From a virus (Duplodnaviria; Caudoviricetes), in the IMG/VR virus record IMGVR_UViG_3300015214_000001, positions 64,001 through 128,000 of that record: DNA of 64,000 bases; one strand, written 5' to 3'. Both the position numbers and the translations under genes were made by a program. This document shows positions 39,019 through 48,938 of this stretch, one piece after another. The notes below the pieces were generated by a model. It had not been told where the DNA came from and did no database searches. It saw only the letters and a list, made by a program, of their open reading frames with translations. The first letter of the stretch is position 1; each line of letters starts with the position of its first letter.

Positions 39019-40296
39019 ATGACAATAATTGGCAATCTAAAAATCCCCTCTCTATATGCTGCAAGAAATTACCAGCCATTTAAAACTGCGATTGACGTTA
39101 ATCATGACGCATCATCGTTACATAAAAACGTTGAGCGTTTAATAGATTCTCGAAATAAGTTCCTAAAAGAGTTAATTTCAAATAACTTAGAGCTGATAGA
39201 AGCAGGACAGTCTATAAATAGCGATTATGAATTCTCTATTTCCGTTGCATATGATTACTCTCTCTATGTGGGGAAATCAAGCATGGATGCTTCAATTGAG
39301 CCACTGTTAAGCATATTATCACCATCATTTGAAATTCATGTTAAAGTTACCATATCACCTAATGATAAAAAGATTGTTCCACAAGCATATCAACATTTAG
39401 TAGAAGAAGAATATGTATATAAGGGCGCTGAACACTTCCCATATATTTATGGTGTTGTGAAAAGCGGGGCTTCTACTGAAAATTCCGACTTGCAATTAGA
39501 ATTGCCCGACGATAATATTGCAAAAATTATTAATGATGTGATTTACTGCTTGCATGATCGCTATGATAATCGCTTGCAGTTGGAGCATTATATGATTCAA
39601 GGTAGATTACTTCATAACAGTGAAAATGTACCACCACCTACCCCTTTTATAGGCACGCTGGACTTAATTTCGCTTGAGGCTGTTCGGAACTATCATTATC
39701 GAAACTGGCATGAATTAAATGATATGTCTTTTGAAACACCACTTGAGCAGTCTGTATTAAACTTGTCATCAGCGATTGCTCGCATCCATAATGCCAATCT
39801 TGAAAATGGTGTCAAACATTATAGTTATCAATTTGCTATACGAGTGCCATATGATTACCGCCATTTCATTGGTAAAACGGCTCATGATTACACATATCAA
39901 CAGATTGATAATGCTGATGAGTACATAGAAGAATTACGCTTTACTGTTCATGTTAAAATCTATTCAGACCTATCAATAGATGAATATCTAGTTGCTGACA
40001 ATCAAAATGTTTACACCAACAGCATTAGTATTTGGGGTGATTTGTCGCCAGATGGATATTATCTATCATCAGCAATCTTGTTAGATTGCCTTATTTATGT
40101 CTTTAGTGATTATTATCGGCCAGATGTTGAATATGTCTATAACGCTTTACAACAGATAGACCAAGATGCCTTATCATATTATGGTTTACCATCGCCGCTT
40201 ACTGGCGAATCGAAAGAGGCTATATATTCCATTCCAAATAATTACGAAGGTGGTCTGAATAAATTGCGTTTAATATATAAGGAAGGGATAAAATGA
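39019..40296 (+). CDS. hypothetical protein with an internally duplicated domain
   Basis: IGNLKIPSLYAARNY / IGTLDLISLEAVRNY and YEFSISVAYDY / YQFAIRVPYDY repeats. Confidence 0.7.
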   Translation: MTIIGNLKIPSLYAARNYQPFKTAIDVNHDASSLHKNVERLIDSRNKFLKELISNNLELIEAGQSINSDYEFSISVAYDYSLYVGKSSMDASIEPLLSILSPSFEIHVKVTISPNDKKIVPQAYQHLVEEEYVYKGAEHFPYIYGVVKSGASTENSDLQLELPDDNIAKIINDVIYCLHDRYDNRLQLEHYMIQGRLLHNSENVPPPTPFIGTLDLISLEAVRNYHYRNWHELNDMSFETPLEQSVLNLSSAIARIHNANLENGVKHYSYQFAIRVPYDYRHFIGKTAHDYTYQQIDNADEYIEELRFTVHVKIYSDLSIDEYLVADNQNVYTNSISIWGDLSPDGYYLSSAILLDCLIYVFSDYYRPDVEYVYNALQQIDQDALSYYGLPSPLTGESKEAIYSIPNNYEGGLNKLRLIYKEGIK

Positions 40297-40544
40297 TTTT
40301 AGTTGTCTATGGAAACAATACTTGCCATCAGGTAGCATCAACCCGACGCATATTAGGAGCTTTAAAAGTTTCATATCAGTATGTTGATATAAATGATAGT
40401 GAGGAAGGCAAGAAAATAGTATCTCACATCAACAATGGTAATTTATCAGTGCCACTAATCCAGTTTCCAAGCGGCGATGTATTGGTTGAACCTACCCCTA
40501 CAGCACTAACTCGAAAATTACGTGACGAGCATTTGATTCGATAG
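40293..40544 (+). CDS. mycoredoxin/glutaredoxin-like protein with a single Cys
   Basis: VYG..TCHQV..., INNGNLSVP.I.FP.G..LVEP. Confidence 0.75.
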   Translation: MILVVYGNNTCHQVASTRRILGALKVSYQYVDINDSEEGKKIVSHINNGNLSVPLIQFPSGDVLVEPTPTALTRKLRDEHLIR

Positions 40545-40574
40545 GAAGTGTGTGATATAATCTTTAGATGTAAG

Positions 40575-40648
40575 GCTCTTTTAGCTCAGATGGATAGAGC
40601 GCCATCCTACGAAGTTGGAAGTCACAGGTTCGAGTCCTGTAAAGAGCT
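40575..40648 (+). tRNA. tRNA-Arg(ACG)
   Basis: GCTCTTT/AAAGAGC acceptor stem; TAGCTCAGATGGATAGAGC; CCATC-CTACGAA-GTTGG; GGTTCGAGTCC; upstream TATAAT. Confidence 0.9.
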
Positions 40649-40718
40649 ACTACTAAGGCAAGAATAAACCTTATCTGGTGAGTGCTTGCCTTTTTTGTTG
40701 GATTAGAAAAGGTTAGAT

Positions 40719-41057
40719 ATGGGAAATTTCAATCTGTGGGAATTAAGTCATATCCAAGTTTCAACTTATTATGATCGACCCGTTTTATACACGGCAAAAA
40801 ACAAAGGAATATATTACCTTTGCTTGCTGTGGAATGAAGATATTATTGAGGGAAAACGAGAAGATACCTTTCTTGTTGTGCCTATGAGCCAACTTCGCTT
40901 GTTTGATGTTCACGATAATAACATCTCCTTAAGGGATGCTATTTTAAAACCAGAAAAAGGGATATTATATCTTGTCACTGGCGATAAAGTTATTGAATGT
41001 ACACCATCAGAGTTAAATGACAACGATCTGCCAGATGCAGATCAATTCTTTATTTAA
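40719..41057 (+). CDS. hypothetical protein (DUF6575-like)
   Basis: YYDRPVLY..YLCL..FLVVPMS..RL..LP pattern. Confidence 0.5.
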   Translation: MGNFNLWELSHIQVSTYYDRPVLYTAKNKGIYYLCLLWNEDIIEGKREDTFLVVPMSQLRLFDVHDNNISLRDAILKPEKGILYLVTGDKVIECTPSELNDNDLPDADQFFI

Positions 41058-41133
41058 CTATAAAATTCCCCTTGCTATTTGTACATAACTGCTCTATGCT
41101 AATATTGCACCCAAAAATAGAAGTGGAGCAGCT

Positions 41134-42630
41134 ATGTACATCAAAACTTCAAACAATTTTGATAAGAAGATGAAAGAATTATTGCCAAGCTCAATATTTA
41201 GTTTGGCTAATGCGATTCGCCAAGATCATAAAGGTAGCTTGTTTGTGGTCGGCGGTGCAGTAAGAGACTTACTGTTTAATGAATTTCATGGAACACTTTA
41301 TATACCTAAAGATATAGACATTGAAGTGCATGGGATGAATGTCGATGATTTTATTCGGGTACTTATGAAATATGCTAATAAAGTTGAGATGGTAGGCAAC
41401 TCCTTCTCAATTATTCTGGCGCGTTTTGGAGACACATCAGTAGAGTTCTCTTTAGCAGACAAATCCTATAGCATTAAAGATGCCGCGTTACGTCGAGATT
41501 TTACGGTTAATGCCGTGTTATATAGCTTGCACTCACATGAGGCATTTGACCCTTTAGCATCTCAATCGGGCAACACTGGCGGTATAGCTGACATTAAGCG
41601 CAGAAAATTAACACTTACACATGAAATGGCGTTTAGTGATGACCCATTGCGTGTACTTCGTGCTTTCCAACTCATAGCGCGGTTCGATTTATTCTATGAT
41701 GAGCCTGTTTTGATAAAGGCCCATCAGGTTGTAGATCGTTACTGTGAATTGCTCTATGACCGCGTTCGTGAAGAATGGGTTAAATGGGCAACTAAAAGTG
41801 CCACGCCCTCACTTGGGTTGGAGTTTCTTTTAGATAGTGGATGGATTAAACACTATCCTGAGTTGCAAGCATTAGTTGGTGTGCCACAAGATAAAACATG
41901 GCATCCAGAGGGTGATGCTTGGAATCACACTATGTTAGTGGTAGACGGAATTAATATGCAATCCAAGAAAAATAATGCCAGCAATGAAGATTTGCTGAAA
42001 AGAAACTTTAGCGCATTATGTCATGATATGGGGAAAGCAATTGATACTTATATTAGAAGTCCATCGCACGATATTCAAAAGCATCATTTAGAAGTATCTA
42101 GTGATGATGTTATTGAGTTACTAGCAAACTCATGGCGTTGGCACTCAGCAGGTCATGAAACATCTGGTGTTATTCCTGCAAGAAATTTCATGGAGCGTCT
42201 ATTTAAACCTAATGGCATGAAGCATGAAGTACCCTTGGTAGAGCATGTGGTTCTTTTAACAAGATTACACATGAAACCACATCATTTGCAAAGCTCAATG
42301 CCTAAAGAAGCATTCGTGAGGCGACTTGCAAACGAGATTGATTTACGTGAATTAGGTTTCTTAGTCGATGCTGATGCCAACGGTAAAGGCAACGGCGAGT
42401 GGCAACCGTCAGTAGATATGAAAAACATCATGACTGTTGCTGATAAGGTACGAGTCGCAGATAGTAAGCCTGAGCCAATCTTGAAGGGGAAACATCTTAT
42501 TGATTTTGGTATGAAACCATGTAAACAATTCAGCGATATATTGGCTCAAGCGTTTGATGCTCAATTAGATGGATCATTTGACGATTTAGAGGCAGCTTTG
42601 ACTTGGTTAAAAACTAACTTTAAAATTTGA
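41134..42630 (+). CDS. cca: tRNA nucleotidyltransferase (CCA-adding enzyme) with HD domain
   Basis: VGGAVRD, DIDIE, RRDFTVNA, DDPLRVLRA, WHPEGD and HDMGK motifs. Confidence 0.9.
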   Translation: MYIKTSNNFDKKMKELLPSSIFSLANAIRQDHKGSLFVVGGAVRDLLFNEFHGTLYIPKDIDIEVHGMNVDDFIRVLMKYANKVEMVGNSFSIILARFGDTSVEFSLADKSYSIKDAALRRDFTVNAVLYSLHSHEAFDPLASQSGNTGGIADIKRRKLTLTHEMAFSDDPLRVLRAFQLIARFDLFYDEPVLIKAHQVVDRYCELLYDRVREEWVKWATKSATPSLGLEFLLDSGWIKHYPELQALVGVPQDKTWHPEGDAWNHTMLVVDGINMQSKKNNASNEDLLKRNFSALCHDMGKAIDTYIRSPSHDIQKHHLEVSSDDVIELLANSWRWHSAGHETSGVIPARNFMERLFKPNGMKHEVPLVEHVVLLTRLHMKPHHLQSSMPKEAFVRRLANEIDLRELGFLVDADANGKGNGEWQPSVDMKNIMTVADKVRVADSKPEPILKGKHLIDFGMKPCKQFSDILAQAFDAQLDGSFDDLEAALTWLKTNFKI

Positions 42631-42653
42631 TAAATGTAAATTAGGGGAAGAAA

Positions 42654-43301
42654 ATGAGCTTAATTACAATTGGTGGTGACAATATTCCTAAAAGAGATAA
42701 TGCAATTGATGAGTTTATGCGTTATGTTGCCAAAACTTATTTACACGTAGAAAACAATGCCTCGATTGCATTATATAATGTTTCTCCTCTGTTGGAACGT
42801 TATATCAAATCAGATAAAGTCAATGAACCCAAACAGTATATTATGGGAAGTGGGTTTATTGATGAAAATGAAGGGATATTTAGCGTCGTAGCATTATCTA
42901 TTGAGCGAATTAAGTTTGCTAAATTCCAACAATCACAGCACCCATACAATAATGTGTTAGATTCTGTAAACCCATATGCTCGTAAGATATATGTTATCCA
43001 GCATTTTTACTTTGAATGCCTTGTAGATGAAATCAGCAATGATATGTTCAAAATATTCTCTCTAAATCAGCATGAGATTAACCCTAAAGTGCTTGCTGTA
43101 ATGAATTGCAAAGGCAACGAATACGATGACTTAGATGCAGCAGGTGATGTGATCGACTTTTGCACGCACCCTATTTATAATGATGATAGCGTGGATGAAA
43201 TGGAGATAATTGATGAAGTTAGCAATGCGTCGGGGACTATGTACTTATATGAGACAATAGCATCGTCGTTATTCAATGGTCATGGTTGGTGGTCACATTG
43301 A
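42654..43301 (+). CDS. hypothetical protein
   Basis: 215 aa ORF. Confidence 0.65.
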   Translation: MSLITIGGDNIPKRDNAIDEFMRYVAKTYLHVENNASIALYNVSPLLERYIKSDKVNEPKQYIMGSGFIDENEGIFSVVALSIERIKFAKFQQSQHPYNNVLDSVNPYARKIYVIQHFYFECLVDEISNDMFKIFSLNQHEINPKVLAVMNCKGNEYDDLDAAGDVIDFCTHPIYNDDSVDEMEIIDEVSNASGTMYLYETIASSLFNGHGWWSH

Positions 43302-43343
43302 TTTATACACGCAGAGAAGATGAGCTTCTCTGCGTGTATTTTT

Positions 43344-44429
43344 TTAAGAAACTTCTGCGCCAGAATCCCGTAGTTGCTGAACAACTTGGTTCAATATGCC
43401 AATTAATCGTGTATGACAACTATCTGATGGGTTATATTTGACTGTAGCGCTTACTAATTCTGAGTTGCCACTGTTATTTTGTGATGTATATGTAAAGACA
43501 TCTGATCTAATCCACCCAAATAAATCATAATTTGTCTTATTGGGTTGACTGTTAATACGTATTGGATACCAAATTCCATCTGAGCGTTTCTCTTGACGAG
43601 CTACATTCAACAAACACTTAGTTTTATTCTGAATAATCCCAATTACAGCAGTTGATGTGCTAGGGTATCTTCTAATATTTGTGTGTGTGCCATTTGATGT
43701 TGCTATAGCTACTTGCCAATTGGGATCAGAAAATGGAACGTCTTTAGGGTAACTCACTGTAATATCTCCTATAGGTGGTAATTTCAACCATGGAATAACT
43801 TCTCGTCTTAAATCTTGTGATGATACCTTTTCACGCGCAATGAAGCTACGCCAATTATTCGGCTTCGTTGGATCATGCCAAGAGACTAGTCCATATCCCT
43901 TTGCGTAGAAATAACGCTCAAAGTTAACGCCTGGTTTATTGCCAGAGGGATCATGCAAATAACCCCACAATTCCAACACATCATTTAAAACGATGCCACT
44001 TTCAAAGCGATATTGTTTATGTATCGCTTTCACTTCAACCCAATGAGGAAATAAGTAAGGTGGTTTACCTTGAACGTTATTACCATTAGACTTATACCTA
44101 AAAGTGATCGTGGGGGAGGCAAGATGGCGAGTGCCTATCGAGGCGTATCTTGGTATCCAGCGCTGACCATACCGTCCTTCTTCACTGGATTGGTATAGCT
44201 GGCCTTGCTCGGGCGATATATCTGTGCCACGATAGATATATGTTTCATCATGCCATAGTTCTTCCCAGTTATATTGATGTGAATCGGGGCCACCTTTTAC
44301 ATGATAAAAACGCTTCCCTTCATGTTGCGTTTGCATACGCTCAGTGCCTTCACCTGGCCCACCATAAAATTTATAATTCACATCGTAAATTCGCCCATCA
44401 CCTTTTATATACTGTAGGAGATCAATCAT
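43344..44429 (-). CDS. protein with C-terminal SH3b-like domain, possible cell-envelope enzyme
   Basis: TNIRRYPSTSTAVIG..WYPI..GWIRSDV. Confidence 0.6.
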   Translation of the reverse strand: MIDLLQYIKGDGRIYDVNYKFYGGPGEGTERMQTQHEGKRFYHVKGGPDSHQYNWEELWHDETYIYRGTDISPEQGQLYQSSEEGRYGQRWIPRYASIGTRHLASPTITFRYKSNGNNVQGKPPYLFPHWVEVKAIHKQYRFESGIVLNDVLELWGYLHDPSGNKPGVNFERYFYAKGYGLVSWHDPTKPNNWRSFIAREKVSSQDLRREVIPWLKLPPIGDITVSYPKDVPFSDPNWQVAIATSNGTHTNIRRYPSTSTAVIGIIQNKTKCLLNVARQEKRSDGIWYPIRINSQPNKTNYDLFGWIRSDVFTYTSQNNSGNSELVSATVKYNPSDSCHTRLIGILNQVVQQLRDSGAEVS

Positions 44430-45318
44430 TGTTACCCTCTTTATTTGATATATCTTTTGGCTTTACTGGGTGATTTGTGATCGGATCAATGTCATCAATA
44501 TCATTAATTCTGAATTGATCTTCCATCGTCCTCGCAATGCGTGACAGTTCCTCTAAAGCATTATCAACGTTTTCTTGATAGTTTTTATCGTTAATTCTGT
44601 CTGGCTCTATGCGCTGTTTCTTCAATATGTCAGTTAATAGCTCAATTTCGTGTTTTCTGTCTAGTCCAGCACGTCTTAATGCACGAACTTCAAACTCTAA
44701 ATCTCTAATGCGTGCTTCGTGATATACTTTCTCACTTTGCAACTTTAATTTTTCCGCACCAACTTCGGTTAGTTGAAGTTGCAATCTTTCTACTTCTGAA
44801 CGAAGGTGTGCCACTTGAACATTGAGCCTAGATATTTCATCTTGCGATTCGGAGAGTGCTTTCCTAGCCCATACTGATGTCTCTTTGGCTTCTCTAACAT
44901 CACTTCTTAATCGTTGTATTTCTGCTTCTCGAAAGTCATCTCGCGCACGCAATGACCCTAACTCAATAAGTTGAGCATTATTTTGTTGCCGTATATTTTC
45001 TAGCTCTTGCTTAGTCACTTGAGCTTCTGCACGTAACGTTTCAATACTATTTTTTGCCAACTCACTAATAAATGCTTTTGCTTGTAGGCTCAAAGATTCT
45101 TCTTCTTTTTCTATGTTAGTTCTGTGTGAGTTCAGTTCAGCCCCTTTTTCCAATGAGCTTGAAATAAGTTTTATGACGGCAGGTGACACCGACTTTAGTA
45201 TCTTATATATTGCCCATCCGCAAGCTAAAAACAATGTTCCCCAACTCATCTCAGGTGGGATTTTTTCTAACAAAGAAACTAACTCTATTTGCAACAAAAC
45301 TCTATAATTAATTATCAT
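44422..45318 (-). CDS. membrane-anchored coiled-coil protein
   Basis: N-terminal hydrophobic helix and a long heptad-rich region; overlaps the downstream gene. Confidence 0.65.
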   Translation of the reverse strand: MIINYRVLLQIELVSLLEKIPPEMSWGTLFLACGWAIYKILKSVSPAVIKLISSSLEKGAELNSHRTNIEKEEESLSLQAKAFISELAKNSIETLRAEAQVTKQELENIRQQNNAQLIELGSLRARDDFREAEIQRLRSDVREAKETSVWARKALSESQDEISRLNVQVAHLRSEVERLQLQLTEVGAEKLKLQSEKVYHEARIRDLEFEVRALRRAGLDRKHEIELLTDILKKQRIEPDRINDKNYQENVDNALEELSRIARTMEDQFRINDIDDIDPITNHPVKPKDISNKEGNND

Positions 45319-45466
45319 TAGTTTGCTCTCTCATGTTCAACATCCGTAAAGTAATATGTTGGTGTTCACGAGCCGATAAAGGATCGAGTATTTTTTTATT
45401 ATTTAAGTTAATATAGTGCTATTTAACACCACTTAAGAGTATTTTATCAGACTTTATAGGGTGATT

Positions 45467-46174
45467 TTAGCGCTTTTTACTTCTTAGCCGTTGTTTAGAG
45501 CGCGATTTTGCTTTTGAAGCAGGTGTTTTTGTTCGCTTTAAATGTTCACGTTGGTTGCGTCGCGCTATTTTACTCTGTCTAGTTCTTGATAATCGACGTT
45601 TATATTGTGTTGGGTATATTTCCTCACCCGCTAAAATTCGTTTAATATCTCCCGCCTTACCAGCCTTTAAATGTTCGATATATTCCAGTGGCGATGTGGC
45701 ATACCCTTCTTTCCAATGTTTACTTAATGGACTATACCATGATGGACTCATGCGATGGCTATAAATGTAATTGGTTAATGGCTGGCGACGCGAGATCATC
45801 TCAGCAATCCACGCTTCCTCTAAGCGATTTGCGTCGCCCAGTGAAATGACATTCCATTGATCCAATATAATCAGGTCAGGCTTAAGATTAGCCCCTTTAA
45901 GCCGCAATATCCTTTTTATCTTATAAATATTTGAACCTGATTTCTTCTTTTGAACATTGTGGTCATAATCAACCTTAACGCCGAATAGCCGTTCAACTAA
46001 TGACGTGTTTTCTTCCTCAAACTTATTTGCCTCATTGATGTGTTGCGTTAGCCTGCTCTTAGGTCGAGATGAGCGTCCAACATAAAATACTTCTTTTGTC
46101 TGTGGATCAACTAGACCGTAAATGGTTACTTGTGTTGTTTTTAATCCTAGCTGACTAATATCTATCATATCCAT
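45467..46174 (-). CDS. GIY-YIG nuclease-family protein
   Basis: IYGLVDP..VFYVGRS..R..QH..E..WI..LTN; basic tail. Confidence 0.75.
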   Translation of the reverse strand: MDMIDISQLGLKTTQVTIYGLVDPQTKEVFYVGRSSRPKSRLTQHINEANKFEEENTSLVERLFGVKVDYDHNVQKKKSGSNIYKIKRILRLKGANLKPDLIILDQWNVISLGDANRLEEAWIAEMISRRQPLTNYIYSHRMSPSWYSPLSKHWKEGYATSPLEYIEHLKAGKAGDIKRILAGEEIYPTQYKRRLSRTRQSKIARRNQREHLKRTKTPASKAKSRSKQRLRSKKR

Positions 46175-46271
46175 GATTAATCTCCTATATATCTCAATTG
46201 TATCACGCTAGATACCACTAAAAACGTGGAGTTCCACGCTTTTATATTCTCATAATTCATCAATGTAATAA

Positions 46272-46646
46272 TTGAGCAATTCAGTCTATAATCTAGTGAT
46301 TAGAGGATATAAGGAGTTACGAGTGAGATACCTAAGATTTGATATGTATATTAATGATGTGGAACATCTACTTTATGAAGGGAAAAACTTTGAAGATGCT
46401 TTGTGGTCATCTGATTTGATTGATGACCGAATTGCTGATGATATTCGTAACGAAGGAGTATCAAACATCCCTCTTGAATATCGGTCATCAGAAGTCCTAG
46501 ATATATTGCGCGATTGGTCAGGATTTGATGTGGAAAGTAATATGACTGTCAATTTTTGCATGTGTATTTGGGACGATGATCCAGATGTTGATGATGCTCA
46601 TATCATGAGCGCAGCTACATTAAGCGATTGGCAAAGTCTCTCATAA
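46272..46646 (+). CDS. acidic hypothetical protein
   Basis: Likely GTG start at 46323 after AAGGAG. Confidence 0.6.
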   Translation: MSNSVYNLVIRGYKELRVRYLRFDMYINDVEHLLYEGKNFEDALWSSDLIDDRIADDIRNEGVSNIPLEYRSSEVLDILRDWSGFDVESNMTVNFCMCIWDDDPDVDDAHIMSAATLSDWQSLS

Positions 46647-46889
46647 TTCTTTAATGTAATAATTGAGAATTATAGCTTATACTTTAGTTATTAAACGAGG
46701 TAAAGGAGGTGATTATAGAAGAAGGAATGATCGAGAGAGATTTTGATCCAGTGGAGGTGATTGACTTCGGATATTAATTGCCTCCATCACATAAATAATA
46801 AATATATATTTTTTAAGCGCCTTTTTAGGGCGCTTTTTTGTTTTTATGTCAACCTATTACATATTGTAAGAGGTTGGTTTGACTGGTAA

Positions 46890-47996
46890 GTGGTTGGCGT
46901 GGTAAACTATCCATTATGTTGCTTAACAGGATTTCATTTAAACATGAATAGGATAGTACAAGCTGATATAGTTGTTGCATCAACCCCAACGAAAAATCAA
47001 ATAAAGCTATCTCCCCAAGATTTTTACAAAACATTGCCACTCAAAGATAATGTAAGTAAGCAGATCAAGACGCGCATTAACCGCTTTAATGCGTGGCTAG
47101 TAGATAGTGGAAAGAACCTTTTTAACATGACGCTTTCCGAATATCGAGATTCATTGATTGAAGAAGGGCTATCAAACAAGACGATTTTAGCATATCTATC
47201 TACTATTCGGAGTGAATATGAGCGCGTTATTGAGAACCGAGAAATGCTATACCGTTATGCTGATGCTAATTTGCCTGATGGCACAAGTATGGCAGACCGC
47301 AAGGCATTTGTTGATGAAGTTGTTCACCGTATTAATCGAGCATTGAACCCTAAAAATTCAAAAGTAGATATTATCCATGAGCAAGATATGGCTGATGATA
47401 AACACATCAGACTAACAGAAGATGAAATTTTTCATTTACTAATGAGTCCAGACGTTAATACGATAACTGGAATTCGTGATCGCGCTATTATGGCACTGGC
47501 ATTAGCTTCTGGCTGTCGAGTGTCGGAGCTAGTCTCTGCAACAATTGATGATGTATTTAGTAAATATGGAAACTCACCTGCATTTCGTGTTTTAAGAGGG
47601 AAGGGTAAAAAGCAAAGATTTATTCCCTATGGTGGGTTAGTTGAATTGATCGACTTTGTAGATCACTGGCTAAATGTAGCTAACATTCAATCAGGCGCGG
47701 TTTTTAGGCGTGTGTTTAAAAATGATAAAATAGGTTGCAATCCATTGACTACCTACTCAATAGAATTAATATTATCGAAATATACTTTTATGCGGGATGG
47801 GAATTTACTTAACCCCACACCACATGATTTAAGGCGCACTTATGCGTTGCACAATTACTTAAATGGAATGGCGATTACTGAGATACAACAAAATTTAGGT
47901 CATGCCGATCAAAAGACGACGCTAGAATATATCGGCATCCTTAGTGCCGAGTTGCGAGCGCCACAACATATGTATGGATTAAATAAGCCTGAATGA
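46890..47996 (+). CDS. tyrosine recombinase/integrase
   Basis: RDRA..GCRVSE, GKGKKQR, HDLRRT and LGH...TTLEY catalytic motifs. Confidence 0.92.
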   Translation: MVGVVNYPLCCLTGFHLNMNRIVQADIVVASTPTKNQIKLSPQDFYKTLPLKDNVSKQIKTRINRFNAWLVDSGKNLFNMTLSEYRDSLIEEGLSNKTILAYLSTIRSEYERVIENREMLYRYADANLPDGTSMADRKAFVDEVVHRINRALNPKNSKVDIIHEQDMADDKHIRLTEDEIFHLLMSPDVNTITGIRDRAIMALALASGCRVSELVSATIDDVFSKYGNSPAFRVLRGKGKKQRFIPYGGLVELIDFVDHWLNVANIQSGAVFRRVFKNDKIGCNPLTTYSIELILSKYTFMRDGNLLNPTPHDLRRTYALHNYLNGMAITEIQQNLGHADQKTTLEYIGILSAELRAPQHMYGLNKPE

Positions 47997-48052
47997 CAAA
48001 GGCATTATGAGGCAGACCATTTTAACGGTATTGTTAAAATGGTCTGATGGGA

Positions 48053-48640
48053 TTATCGTGGGTAGTAAATGAAGTTATACAACCCAAAGTGATCTTCACG
48101 CCATACAGTTGGCGGCAATGCTTCCTTTAGGCGATTACGGTAGTCGTTTAACTCTATATGAACTGCATTTGATAGTGAATAGGCAGCGTCAACCGCAGGT
48201 AATTCATCATGTAAAAGATACCCCACAAATACCAGTTTCTCAGATAGGCGAATATCCTCAATCGGGATTACCCAAATATCATTGTCGTTAACAAACTTCA
48301 TCGTAATGTCATCATATAGGCGTGATGAGTTTTCTACATAAATAGACCTATTGCAGAATGGACAATTATTAAATCCTTCAATGGACTGATACGCAATTGA
48401 AGATGTCTCTAGCGAACAGTTGGTAAGATCAAATATTGTGTCAGCTTGCGGGTTACTTGCACAGGCCCTAGTTCTAACTGTTGTATATAGAACCTTTTCT
48501 AATGTAGGAAAACCAACAATTGATAATGGGATTCCTAGTCGTGGCGAACCAGAAGGGCTAAGGTTAATAGTATTAAACTTTTGGCTATTATTTGTCATTG
48601 TTAATCCCCCACATTGTATTTTTAACATCATCAGAGACAT
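48053..48640 (-). CDS. hypothetical protein
   Basis: Likely start MTNNSQ; contains CPFC. Confidence 0.6.
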   Translation of the reverse strand: MSLMMLKIQCGGLTMTNNSQKFNTINLSPSGSPRLGIPLSIVGFPTLEKVLYTTVRTRACASNPQADTIFDLTNCSLETSSIAYQSIEGFNNCPFCNRSIYVENSSRLYDDITMKFVNDNDIWVIPIEDIRLSEKLVFVGYLLHDELPAVDAAYSLSNAVHIELNDYRNRLKEALPPTVWREDHFGLYNFIYYPR

Positions 48641-48926
48641 TTTGTAATAATAGCGCCATCTGTAAATTGGAGTGAAACCCCTCTACACGTCTTTTCGCTT
48701 CCTGATGTCTTAATTTGTCACCTTTGATCTTCATATCTGCGCGGACATCAAATTTCAGGTATGTGTAGTTTGGGATGAAGTTATCAGGCTTATTCTCTAT
48801 GAACTTAACCCAACATTTGTGAGTAAGTGCCATTGCTTTCAATTCCCCTAAAGCGCGTTCACGATTAATTGTCGGAATTGAGATTTCAAATAGAACGTGC
48901 GGGGGTGTAATTAGTTGTTTGCTCAT
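48588..48926 (-). CDS. hypothetical protein
   Basis: 112 aa ORF with AGGAG RBS. Confidence 0.65.
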   Translation of the reverse strand: MSKQLITPPHVLFEISIPTINRERALGELKAMALTHKCWVKFIENKPDNFIPNYTYLKFDVRADMKIKGDKLRHQEAKRRVEGFHSNLQMALLLQNVSDDVKNTMWGINNDK

Positions 48927-48938
48927 TATTAGCTCCTG

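Noticed and set aside
46890-47996. attP/att site for the integrase
   Set aside because: No tRNA-like core or arm-type repeats could be identified near the gene from sequence alone
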